Origin: an uncultured delta proteobacterium
GTDB lineage: Bacteria; Myxococcota; Myxococcia; Myxococcales; Anaeromyxobacteraceae
DNA length: 23,480 bases
Assembly (NCBI GenBank): GCA_963845515.1
Contig: CAWJSR010000001.1
Span: forward strand, 1-23,480
Direction: 5' to 3'
Under the pieces are notes generated by a model. That model saw nothing but the letters and a program-made list of their open reading frames with translations. It ran no database searches and was not told the DNA's origin. The translations under genes were made by a program, and so were the position numbers. This document shows, piece by piece, positions 1-8,515 of this stretch (position 1 is its first letter; each line of letters opens with the position of its first letter).

Positions 1-1
1 C

Positions 2-433
2 AACGACGTGCAAACCTGGATGGACTACGACCCGGCAGTGATTGACCGCGAACTGGGCTATGCCGCGAAGCTCAAGCTGAACGTCGTGCGGGTCTTTCTC
101 CAGGTGGCAGTCTACGAAGCGGCCCCGCAGCGGTTTCTTGGAAAACCCACCTCGCCCAAGTCCTCGGCCAGCTTTGAATTCCAGGGCGATCACGTGACCT
201 GCATCCATAAAGTCGGTCCGGATTGCGGCGTGGCGGAAGTGTTGATCGATGGCCAGCCGGCCCAGGTGCCGGAAATCGACACCTACGCGCCCCAGGTCGA
301 TTGGAACCACCGCACCGAATTGGCCGCCGGTCTGGCCCCCGGTAAACATGTCGTCACGGTGCGCGTCGCCGCCCGGAAGAATCCCGCGTCGTCGAACTGC
401 TTCGTGCAGATCGTGGGGTTTACGACGGAGTGA
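2..433 (+). pseudogene. GH5-like glycoside hydrolase N-terminal fragment joined in frame to a C-terminal beta-sandwich (CBM-like) domain; 5' end outside window
   Basis: Frame open from base 2. NDVQTWMDYDPAVIDRELGYAAKLKLNVVRVFL resembles the start of GH5-like barrels. After ~base 142 it switches to SASFEFQG...GPDCGVAEVLIDG...IDTY...GKHVVTVRV...KNPASS, a typical accessory domain. The catalytic core is missing. Confidence 0.55.
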
Positions 434-451
434 GATAAAACGGAGAAGTAG

Positions 452-577
452 TTGTCGCCGAACGCCAGGGACCGCTACCTCAAGATCACCGGCACCCGGC
501 TCAAGGACGAGCGTCGTATGCAGTTCACCGAGATCGAGGTCTTCGGAAGCAAGACAGAAGGAGAGGAGAAGCAATGA
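452..577 (+). pseudogene. C-terminal remnant of an F5/8 type C (discoidin/CBM32-like) domain protein
   Basis: Not in the ORF track. Translates LSPNARDRYLKITGTRLKDERRMQFTEIEVFGSKTEGEEKQ*. RYLKIT...EIEVFG resembles discoidin C-termini. Its TGA (575-577) overlaps the next ATG (574-576). Confidence 0.55.
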
Positions 578-2789
578 GCAACACCGCAAGTCTGGCCATG
601 ACGATATTGGCGTGTGCGCAGCTCTCAACCCATGCGGCTGAGATCGGACAGTGGGAAGTGTTCGAGACGTCGTACGAGACCCAGAAGACCTATGCGAAAC
701 CCTTCGTCGACGTCGAGGTCAACGTCGTCTTCAGCCAAGGCGACAAGCAGTGGACGGTGCCGGCGTTCTGGGCCGGCGGGAGCAAGTGGACCGTTCGCTT
801 CGCGCCGCCGGTGCAGGGCGAGTACACGTTCCGCGTCGAATGCACCGACAAGGCCAACGCCGACCTGAACGGCAACGAGCAGACCCTGCGCGTGACGGCC
901 TACACCGGCGACAATCCCGCTGCTCAAGCACGGCTTTCTGCGGGTCAGCGCCGACAAGCGGCACTTCGAGCACGCCGACGGCACGCCGTTCTTCTGGCTG
1001 GGCGACACGTGGTGGAAGGGCCTGTGCAAGCGGCTGACCTGGGAAGGCTTTCAGGAACTGACGGCCGACCGCAAGGCCAAGGGCTTCACGCGTCGTGCAG
1101 ATCGTCTGCGGCGTCTATCCCGACGAAGGCCTGTTCGAGCCGCGCTGGGAGAACGAGGGCGGAAAGCCGTACCTGACCAGGGATTTCACCGTCGTCAATC
1201 CCGCGTACTTCGAGTATGCCGACCGCCGCATCAAGCACCTGGTCGATGCGGGCATCGTCCCGGCGATCGTCGGCGGCTGGGGGCGGCGGCGACTGCAACG
1301 GCATGGCGATGGCCGGCGTCGCCGGCATCAAGCGGCACTGGCGGAACCTGATCGCGCGCTACGGCGCCTATCCCACGATCTGGATCATCGGCGGCGAATC
1401 GGGCGGCCCGCAGTGGACCGAGGTGGCCCGGTACGTCCAGAAGATCGATCCCTATCGCCATCCCGTCGACGATCCATCCCTTCGACTCGGGCCGGCAATC
1501 CGTGACCGACGAGACGGTCATCGATTTCGACATGCTCCAGACGGGGCACGGCGATTGGGACGCGGCCCGCGGCGCGATCCCGCAAGCTCCAGGCCGCCTA
1601 CGCCCGCAACGCCGCCCATGCCCGTCGTGATCGGCGAGTACTGCTACGAAGGCCACATGCAGACGGCCTTCCAGGACGTGCAGCGCTACGTGTTCTGGGG
1701 GAACATGCTCAGCGGCTCGGCCGGCCACACCTACGGCGCGGCCGGCGTCTGGCACGCCAGCGTGGAGGGCGATCCGGGCATCACGCACGTCTACGACTTG
1801 ACGACCTGGAAGGAGGGCATGAACTATCCCGGCTCGACGCAACTGGGGCTGGGCAAGAAGCTGCTCGAACAGTATCCGTGGGCGCGCTTCGAGCCGCACC
1901 CGGAATGGGTCGAAGCCGGCTGCTTTGCCGCCGGCATTCCGGGCGAGGTGCGTTTCATCTACCTGCCGCGCCGCGGCGTTTACAACTGGAGCGGATTGGT
2001 GGTCAAGCAGCTTGAACGCGACGTGCCGTATCACGCCTTCTACTTCAATCCGACCAACGGGAAACGCTACGATCTGGGCACGGTCGATCAGCGCCGGCCC
2101 GCCGCCCAAGCCTTTTGAAGGCCATACGCAACCCCTGCTCTTCGAGGACCGCTTCGACGGAGCCGACGCCTCGGCCTGGAAGGACTACGGCACGCCGACC
2201 CAGCGCAAGGACGGCCGCCTGGTCGGCGGCAAGGGCATGGTGACGATCCTGGAGAAGGTCGAACGACACCGACCTGATGGCCAGCGTCGACGCCAACAGC
2301 GACGCCGAGGCCGGCATCATCCTCCGCTTCCACGACGCCGACAACTATCTCGTCGCGCTCTACAGCCCGTCGCTCAAGGCCATCTTCCTCCACGACCGGA
2401 AGGACGGACAGTGGGGCGATCCGCTCGGCGAGGTGGCCGTGCCGGAGATCGGGCCGAAGATCCATCTCACCGCGGCGGCCTGCGGGGACTACGCGGCCAT
2501 GGTCCTGACCGACGGCAAGAAGACCTACTACACGCCGATCGTCAAGGTCACGCAACACGACGAGCCGGAAAGGCCGGCCTGTGGCTGTTACCAGATCGGC
2601 GACCGCCAGGAGTTCGACAACTTCGAGTTGTCCCGCACTCCGCTTGTCCTTCCGAAGCTTGCGGAAAAGGCGTTGTCGTCTGCAGGCCGCGATGCCAAGA
2701 CGACCTTCCTCCCTTCCGACGAATACCGAACGCCGAATGTTCCCTCGCCCCAGGACTGGGTGCTCGTGCTGGAACGAGTGAAACTGTAA
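574..2789 (+). CDS. Secreted DUF5060 + DUF4038 (apiosidase-like) putative glycoside hydrolase; several frameshifts
   Basis: Signal-peptide-like N-terminus. Motifs across successive frames: QWEVFE...PAFWAGGSKWTVRFAPP, ADGTPFFWLGDTWW, NPAYFEYADRRI, LIARYGAYPTIWIIGGE, PVVIGEYCYEG, GHTYGAAGVW, terminal QDWVLVL. Purine-rich RBS before 574. Confidence 0.8.
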
Positions 2790-2867
2790 AGAGCAGAGGA
2801 CAAGCAAGTGCGGATATGAGACAAGGATGAGGCGGCGTCCGCGTGGAGTGACGGCGCGACCTGGACG

Positions 2868-3102
2868 ATGGGGTTGCTCACGCCGGATTCTTGGCTGGCC
2901 GAGTGGATTGGTGCCGTGGCCAAGGTCGAGCAGCCGTCATCGGGTGACGGAGAAAGAGGTGGAGCGCATCCGCACGTCCGTTGCCCGGAATCGGCCCTTT
3001 GGCAACGAGAAGTGGCAAAGCGAACAAGCCAAACGGCTGGGGTTGCTGCACACGTTGCGCGGCCAAGGGCGGCCCAAGGCTACCGAGGACGTCGCGTCAT
3101 AA
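2868..3102 (+). mobile_element. 3' remnant of a REP-associated tyrosine (Y1, IS200-like) transposase
   Basis: EKEVERIRTSVARNRPFGNEKWQSEQAKRLGLLHTLRGQGRPK resembles the C-terminal tail of these transposases (R.S..RxRPFG...W....A.RLGL..TLR..GRP). No HUH/Tyr catalytic part is present, and there is a frameshift near 2940. Confidence 0.6.
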
Positions 3103-3144
3103 ACTAGCGGCGTCCCGTTTCGACGTCCGTTTCGACGTTTCGTC
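3101..3144 (+). repeat. Transposase-flanking motif AAACTAGCGGCGTCCCGTTT followed by decaying CGTTTCGA(C) repeats
   Basis: gtcccgtttcgac-gtccgtttcgac-gtttcgtc lies directly after the transposase stop codon. Confidence 0.5.
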
Positions 3145-3231
3145 ACCTTGACCAGCCGCGAGAGGCTCCAGCGGACAGCGCGTCACGTACCCGACCAAAC
3201 GCTCGATCCCGGCCCGGTCGCCCGCCGGCAG

Positions 3232-3275
3232 AAAACGGTTCCTGACACCTTTTCGAGGTCGACACCTTTTCGAGG
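3232..3275. repeat. REP-like imperfect palindrome AAAACGGTTCCTGACACCTTTT with a 15-bp direct repeat
   Basis: GACACCTTTTCGAGG occurs at 3244-3258 and 3261-3275. The arms AAAA(C)GGT and ACCTTTT are complementary. Confidence 0.6.
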
Positions 3276-3397
3276 CGTACGGGAGGAGACGGTGTGACGC
3301 CTACTTTCGGGTCTGCGTCGAGAGGTAGACGGCAGCCCCCATCTGGGTAGTCTGGTCGAGCTGTTCTTCGAGCCAGTCGACGTGAAAAATCTTAAAC

Positions 3398-3422
3398 AAA
3401 TCCGCGCCGGTTTGAATCCGAA
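3398..3422 (+). promoter_or_regulatory. Putative SigK-like ECF promoter for the fasciclin gene
   Basis: AAATCC-N14-CCGAA resembles the mycobacterial SigK promoter pattern as I recall it (CCATCC...CCGAA). It lies ~85 nt upstream of a fasciclin gene that neighbours a SigK/RskA-like pair. Confidence 0.45.
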
Positions 3423-3507
3423 GGGAATCGGCCGGCGAACTCTCCTGTGTAAGCAAATACGTGGGGCGTTGACAACGCCTCGAATCACTCACGCTAAGGA
3501 GTTTCGC

Positions 3508-4005
3508 ATGAAAGTTCGTTTTGGATTGGCACTGGTTGTTTTGGCGGTTTTGAGCGTTTCCTCGGTTCGGGCGGCGGACACTTGCCCGGCGGCAGGCAAG
3601 GACATCGTGGACACGGCGGTGGCGGCCGGCAGCTTCAAGACCCTGGCGGCGGCCCTGGGAGCCGGCGGCTTGGTTGAAACCCTGAAGTCGAAGGGCCCGT
3701 TCACGGTTTTCGCACCGACCGACGAAGCCTTCGCGAAGCTGCCGAAGGGCACGGTCGAGGACCTGCTGAAGCCCGAAAACAAGGCCAAGCTCGTCAAGAT
3801 CCTCACCTACCACGTGGTGGCCGGCAAGGTGATGGCGGCGGACGTGGTGAAGCTGTCCAGCGCCAAGACGGTGGAGGGTTCGGAAGTGAAGATCACGGTC
3901 AAGGGCGGCAAGGTGAAGGTCGACGACGCGAACGTCGTGAAGACGGACATTGCCACGTCCAACGGCGTGATTCACGTCATCGACTCGGTGATTCTGCCCA
4001 AGTAG
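3508..4005 (+). CDS. Secreted fasciclin (FAS1) domain protein, MPT70/MPT83-like
   Basis: RBS AAGGAG at 3496-3501, ATG 3508, signal peptide ending VRA. Motifs DIVDTA...FKTL...[17 protein letters not shown]...ILTYHVV...[13 protein letters not shown]. Confidence 0.95.
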   Translation: MKVRFGLALVVLAVLSVSSVRAADTCPAAGKDIVDTAVAAGSFKTLAAALGAGGLVETLKSKGPFTVFAPTDEAFAKLPKGTVEDLLKPENKAKLVKILTYHVVAGKVMAADVVKLSSAKTVEGSEVKITVKGGKVKVDDANVVKTDIATSNGVIHVIDSVILPK

Positions 4006-4028
4006 TTCGGACTCGGCAAGAGTCGTGC

Positions 4029-4057
4029 AAAGGGGGCCATCTCGGCCCCCTTCTTTG
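4029..4057. terminator. Intrinsic terminator, possibly bidirectional
   Basis: AAGGGGGCC-ATCTC-GGCCCCCTT hairpin followed by CTTTG, 25 nt after the fasciclin stop. Only a short A run lies on the 5' side. Confidence 0.8.
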
Positions 4058-4389
4058 TTGCGCAGACGTTTATGTATTTTCCTCGCTTCCAGGCTCCGGC
4101 CTGGGAGTCAACAGCATTCGGTGCAGACCCGGGGCTCGTCGGGGCGATAATGGCGGACTGGATAAGCTGGCTGCTTCGCGAAGATACGCGGGGTATACTC
4201 CGATCCGTGGAGGGCCCCTAGGGATGACGTCCCGATGATTCGAGAGAAAATCGTTCGGCTTGAATCCGGCGCGGTCTTTCCAGCGAGTACCTATGCAGAG
4301 GCCGTGCAGGAGGCCCCTGTGAAGCCGTGTCAACTCGCAACTCGGCACCGCCTACGACAACGGCCGGCTGTTACCGCCTGGAACCAAGT

Positions 4390-4951
4390 GTGTCAGAAAC
4401 GATCCTCGACAAAGTGGCCGCGGCACATCCCGGGGCCGTGGAACAGTGCCTGACACGCTACGGCCCCCTGGTGTGGTCGCTGGCCCGCCGCTGGTCGCCC
4501 ACGGTCGGGGATGCCGAGGACGCCGTGCAGGAGATCTTCACCGACCTGTGGCGTGCTGCGCCAGCGGTTTGATCCTCGGCGAGAACCGTCCGAGGCCACG
4601 TTTGTCGCCATGATCGCCCGGCGCCGGTTGATCGACCGCCACCGCAAACGGGCCCGCCAGCCGAACACGACCGACCTGGAACACGCGCTGACGATGCCGG
4701 CTGCCGTCCAGCCGGATCATCTGGAGCTTGGCGAAGAAGCTGGTCGTGTTCGTGAACTGCTCGAACAATTGCGGCCCGAAGAGCGTCAGGTGCTGGAGCT
4801 GACATTCTTTCACGGGCTGTCCCAGTCCGAAATCAGCCAGCGAATCCAACTTCCTCTCGGCACCGTCAAGACGCACGCGCGACGGGGCCTGATCCGCTTG
4901 CGAGAATTGTCTGCCGGTTTATTGGAACCTGCGAAGGAGGGTGCGTCATGA
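4390..4951 (+). CDS. ECF RNA polymerase sigma factor (SigK-like); one frameshift near 4560
   Basis: Region 2: YGPLVWSLARR...DAEDAVQEIFTDLWR...TFVAMIARRRLIDRHR. Region 4: LRPEERQVLELTFFHGLSQSEISQRIQLPLGTVKTHARRGLIRLR. Stop overlaps the next ATG (ATGA). Confidence 0.9.
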
Positions 4952-5877
4952 CCCCATCACCGCCTGCCGATCACGATCGTCTGCTGGAGCTACTGGCGGA
5001 CCGGACGCTCGTCGGCCTGGACGCTGGCGAACAACAAGAGCTGGAGTCGCTGTTGCAGGCGAACCCCGATTTCGACGCTGAATGTCTGGACCGCACCGCC
5101 GCCCTGCTGGACCGGGCGGCCGCAGCCGGCGACACGGAACCTTTGCCGGAGCAGTTGCAGGACCGCATTCGGGCCGGTGGTAGGTTGGGTCTCCAGACCC
5201 GACCCAGCGCGGGGGACGGGTCTGGAGACCCATCCTACGAAAACGCTCGTGCCCGAGCAGACGACCCGGCCAGGCCGCCGCACGGAAAACGAATGCGTCG
5301 GCGCGAGGCGGTCGCTTGGCTGGCCGCCGCCGCGTGCCTGTTGGTGGCCGTGGTCGCTTGGTACACCAGGCCGACGCCGACTCCGCCCCAGAAGTCGCCA
5401 GCGGTTGCGAACAGCGAACCGCCCGCAACTCCGCCCGCGGTCGATACGCCCGCTCCGTCCCCCGCGACGCTGACAGTCGCCCAGCAGCGCGAGCAACTGC
5501 TGGCCTCGGCACCCGATGTGCTGCATGTGCAACTGGTGAGCAACGACAGCGGTGCTGTTGCCAGCAAGCCCGGCGGCGATATTGTTTGGAGCAGCGGACG
5601 GCAGATGGGCTACCTGCGCCTGCAGGGACTGGCAAGCAACGACCCGGCGCAACGTCAGTATCAGCTCTGGATTATCGGTGGCGACGCATCGAGCAACGAG
5701 ATCATCAATGGCGGCATGTTCCATGTGGATCGGAGCACAGGCGAACTGATTCTGCCGATTCAGGCGGATCATTTCGTTCAGCAGCCGAAGATGTTTGTCG
5801 TCAGCGTGGAACCGCTGGGAGGCGGCAATGCCTTGACAGCACCGCTGCTGGCCAAGGCGGACGGCGTGGGGCCCTGA
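4948..5877 (+). CDS. Anti-sigma factor, RskA-like, membrane anchored
   Basis: Coupled to the ECF sigma. One TM helix (AVAWLAAAACLLVAVVAW), a Pro-rich linker, then G.IVWS...GYLRLQGL..NDP...QYQLWI...FVVSVEPLGG. Confidence 0.88.
   Translation: MTPSPPADHDRLLELLADRTLVGLDAGEQQELESLLQANPDFDAECLDRTAALLDRAAAAGDTEPLPEQLQDRIRAGGRLGLQTRPSAGDGSGDPSYENARARADDPARPPHGKRMRRREAVAWLAAAACLLVAVVAWYTRPTPTPPQKSPAVANSEPPATPPAVDTPAPSPATLTVAQQREQLLASAPDVLHVQLVSNDSGAVASKPGGDIVWSSGRQMGYLRLQGLASNDPAQRQYQLWIIGGDASSNEIINGGMFHVDRSTGELILPIQADHFVQQPKMFVVSVEPLGGGNALTAPLLAKADGVGP
5180..5238. repeat. GTAG-family REP doublet (REPIN-like) inside the anti-sigma CDS
   Basis: Left arm GTAGGTTGGGTCTCCAGACCCGAC (5180-5203) and right arm GACGGGTCTGGAGACCCATCCTAC (5215-5238) are reverse complements at 22/24. 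Each arm holds the palindrome GGGTCT-NN-AGACCC and ends in GTAG/CTAC. Confidence 0.85.
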
Positions 5878-5924
5878 GTGGACCACCTGGAAAACGAAAC
5901 GCAAGTTCCAAGGAATGAATCGAA

Positions 5925-7552
5925 ATGAACGCGTCCTTCTGCATCCGCCGATCAACGCGGCACCGCTTAAGTCTTCTTCTGCTCAGTGCGGCTTTGCTGG
6001 GAATGCCCAGCGACGTCCATGCCTTATGCGGTCTCGATGGCGCAGTCCGCGAACAGCTCCGCAGCGTGGATGATCCTGAGGCGGTGCGAGCCCTATCTCG
6101 GAGAATCAGCCTGCTACGGGACTTGCTCCGTCTGCCATCTTGCCAGGTGGGGAGGGCCGCGCAACGAGTATGGCAACGCGATCAACACGCTGTTAAGGAT
6201 CAGTGATCGCGAGGATCCTGTACGGCAACGCGACGCGGGGCGGCGGATGAAGGAGATCCTCGCGAATCCCTTGTTGGCCAATTCGCCCACGTTCGGCGAG
6301 TTGTTCCAGCAGGGTCGGTTCCCGGCACGTTCTCTGGCGAGCCAAGATCCCCCGCTCCCGGAAGTCCCCGCCAGGGTCTCCGAGAATGTCACGGTCCAGC
6401 AGGCCCGAGACCTGGTTCAAAAGGTTGAGGCGGAATCGCGGTTTGGCATCCTGCAACTCAGCAGAACCTACGAGATCACTCCGGCGGTGGCCGAGGCGCT
6501 CGCGGAGTTCCGGGGAGAGATGCTGATCCTCGGGCTGAAGTCGCTCTCGCCCGAGGTGGCCACCGCGCTGGCAAAGAGTCAGGCCGCGAACGTCTGGCTG
6601 CACTCGGTGACCTCCGTTTCACCGGAGGCTGCGGAGGCGATCGTGAAGCTGCCTGGCCATCTGTTTCTGACCAGCTTGGCGGAACTCGATTCGGTTCCGC
6701 TGGCCGAGAAACTCGCCGCCCGACCGGGTGCCTTATCGTTTCCCTACCTGACAACGATCTCGCCGGAGATCGCGGCGGCGTTGGCCAAGAACGAGCGAAG
6801 CCTGACGCTGGCCGGCTTGACCGATGTCTCGCCTGAAGTCCAGGAGAAGCTGGCCGAAACCGTCGGTGGCCTCTCGCTGCCGAACCTGACGTCGCTCGAC
6901 TCGCTGCCGCTGGCGAAGAAATTGGCAGCGGGCGTCGTGCTGCTTCCGAAGGTCGAGAAGCTGACCGCGGAACAGGCGAGAGCTGTTGACTTGGGGCAAG
7001 GGGCCAAGGAAGTTTCTGGGGCGGTGATCTACTTGTCCCTGGCCGCGGTGACACCGGAAGTGGCCAAGGTGCTGGCCGCGAACCCAAGTCCCGTCAACCT
7101 GACATTGGTCGGCAACGGTCCCATTCTCCGACGCGGTCCTGAGAACGCTGTTGAAGTCCCGTTTGAATCTCACGTTGCGGGATGTGGAAGAGCTTAACGC
7201 CCGAACAGATCCGCATCGTGGCCGAAGCGTTGGTCGGCACGACGTTTCGTCCGGGGGTGTTGGGATTCGCTCGATTGAGCCTACCGAACCTGCAGAAGCT
7301 GGACTCGGCGCTGCTCGCGGAAACGCTCGTCAAGGCCACCGGGTTCAATTTTCCCGGCGTCACGGAGATCTCGCCGGAGGCCGCCGCGGCGTTGGGCAGC
7401 CTCCCGGACCAAGAATTCAGGGGTCCCGACGGTACGGTCGAAATTCGCCCAAGCGGGGATCTGAATTTTCCGAGTCTGGAAGAACTCTCGCCCGAGACGG
7501 CTCGGCTGTTGCTGAAGAAACGTTGGTTGTCGATCTCGCTCCCGGCGCTTCA
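5925..7552 (+). CDS. Secreted protein with N-terminal CxxCH heme-binding motif and ~22-aa LRR-like tandem repeats; frameshifted, 3' end cut at junction
   Basis: Signal-peptide-like LSLLLLSAALLGMPSDVHA, then CSVCH...GGPRNEYG in the next frame. Repeats of pattern LxLxxLxxLSPExAxALA continue through ORFs 5986..7197 and 7182..7628. Confidence 0.7.
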
Positions 7553-7608
7553 TACTCCGACCATGTTGCAAGGGACGGCTCACCCCGCCCGGCGAGGAGA
7601 AGCTCATC

Positions 7609-7935
7609 ATGAAAATCGGCAATCCTGAGGCGGCGGTCGGCGTCGGCGCCGTGCGCGCGCAGGACACGGCGCAGAAGAACGGCGCGCAGACCAAGGCCGC
7701 CGGCGGATCCGCCGCCAACGCCGGTGAGGCCGATGCCAGCGCACAGGTCCAGCTGTCCGCCGCGGCGAGCAGCCTGCTCGGCGCGGCGCCCGCGGACGCC
7801 GACTTCGACGCCGACAAGGTGGCGCGCATCTCGCAGGCGATCGCGAGCGGCAGCTACAAGGTCAACGCCGAGGTGATCGCCGACAGGCTGATCGCCAATG
7901 CGCAGGAACTGCTCGGCAAGGTCGGCAGCAAATAA
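7609..7935 (+). CDS. flgM: Flagellar anti-sigma28 factor FlgM
   Basis: RBS AGGAG upstream. VQLS...FDADKVARISQAIASGSYKVNAEVIADRLI is the FlgM C-terminal signature. Confidence 0.95.
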   Translation: MKIGNPEAAVGVGAVRAQDTAQKNGAQTKAAGGSAANAGEADASAQVQLSAAASSLLGAAPADADFDADKVARISQAIASGSYKVNAEVIADRLIANAQELLGKVGSK

Positions 7936-7957
7936 CAGCAGCAACGACAGGTCCTCG

Positions 7958-8371
7958 ATGACATCACTTGAGGGCACGCCGTTGCCCGCAGCGAGCGGCG
8001 CCCACGACACAGCGAGCGAGCTCGAGCCGCCCCTGCTGGCCATCGAGGCCGGCCTGGTCGCGCTCGGCGAGGCGCTGCGCGCGCACGACAGCACGGCGAT
8101 CGAACAGCACGCCAATGCGCTGCACCGCGCGCTGGCGCAGGCCATCGACCGCTTCAAGCACGCCGCGCGCGACGGCCAGGTGCCGCCCTCGCTGCGCCGG
8201 CGGCTGGCCAGCGCGAGCGGCCAGGTCGCCGCGCAACGCGAGTCGCTGGCCCGCGCCACCGCGGCGCTTGATCGCGCCATCGACGTGCTGCTGCCGCGCG
8301 ACGCGGCGACGCTGTACGGCGCGCAAGGCGGCGCCGAGCGCGGCCTGCGCGGCGGCGTGATCCAGGCGTAG
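7958..8371 (+). CDS. FlgN-like helical flagellar export chaperone (positional assignment)
   Basis: Follows flgM directly. Ala/Leu-rich helical sequence ending ...LDRAIDVLLP...TLYG.QG, similar in layout to FlgN. Confidence 0.65.
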   Translation: MTSLEGTPLPAASGAHDTASELEPPLLAIEAGLVALGEALRAHDSTAIEQHANALHRALAQAIDRFKHAARDGQVPPSLRRRLASASGQVAAQRESLARATAALDRAIDVLLPRDAATLYGAQGGAERGLRGGVIQA

Positions 8372-8372
8372 G

Positions 8373-8488
8373 CGAGTGCTTCGCCGATAAAGACAGCGGG
8401 CCGAGTGCCCCACCAACAGGACAGCGGGCCGAACAGTGCTTCCCCGACAGGACAACGGGCCGAGTGCTTCGCCGACAGGACAACGGGC
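8373..8488 (+). repeat. Four imperfect tandem repeats of 28-31 bp (consensus CGAGTGCTTCGCCGACAGGACARCGGGC)
   Basis: Units at 8373-8401, 8402-8429, 8430-8460 and 8461-8488, with no spacers. Confidence 0.9.
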
Positions 8489-8510
8489 CGCTTCGCGGCC
8501 CTTTTCTTTT
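8485..8510 (+). terminator. Intrinsic terminator after flgM-flgN and the repeat
   Basis: GGGCCGC-TTC-GCGGCCC followed by TTTTCTTTT. Confidence 0.85.
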
Positions 8511-8515
8511 GTTCT

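Noticed and set aside
4390..7935. Joint regulatory system combining the RskA-like and FlgM anti-sigma factors
   Set aside because: The genes lie on opposite sides of a probable chimeric junction.
8361..8390. Full sigma28 promoter at GCCGATAA 8383-8390
   Set aside because: No TCAAG/TAAAG at the expected spacing, so it is kept only as a partial clue.
8373..8488. CRISPR array
   Set aside because: Units are directly adjacent and degenerate, with no unique spacers and no cas genes in the window.
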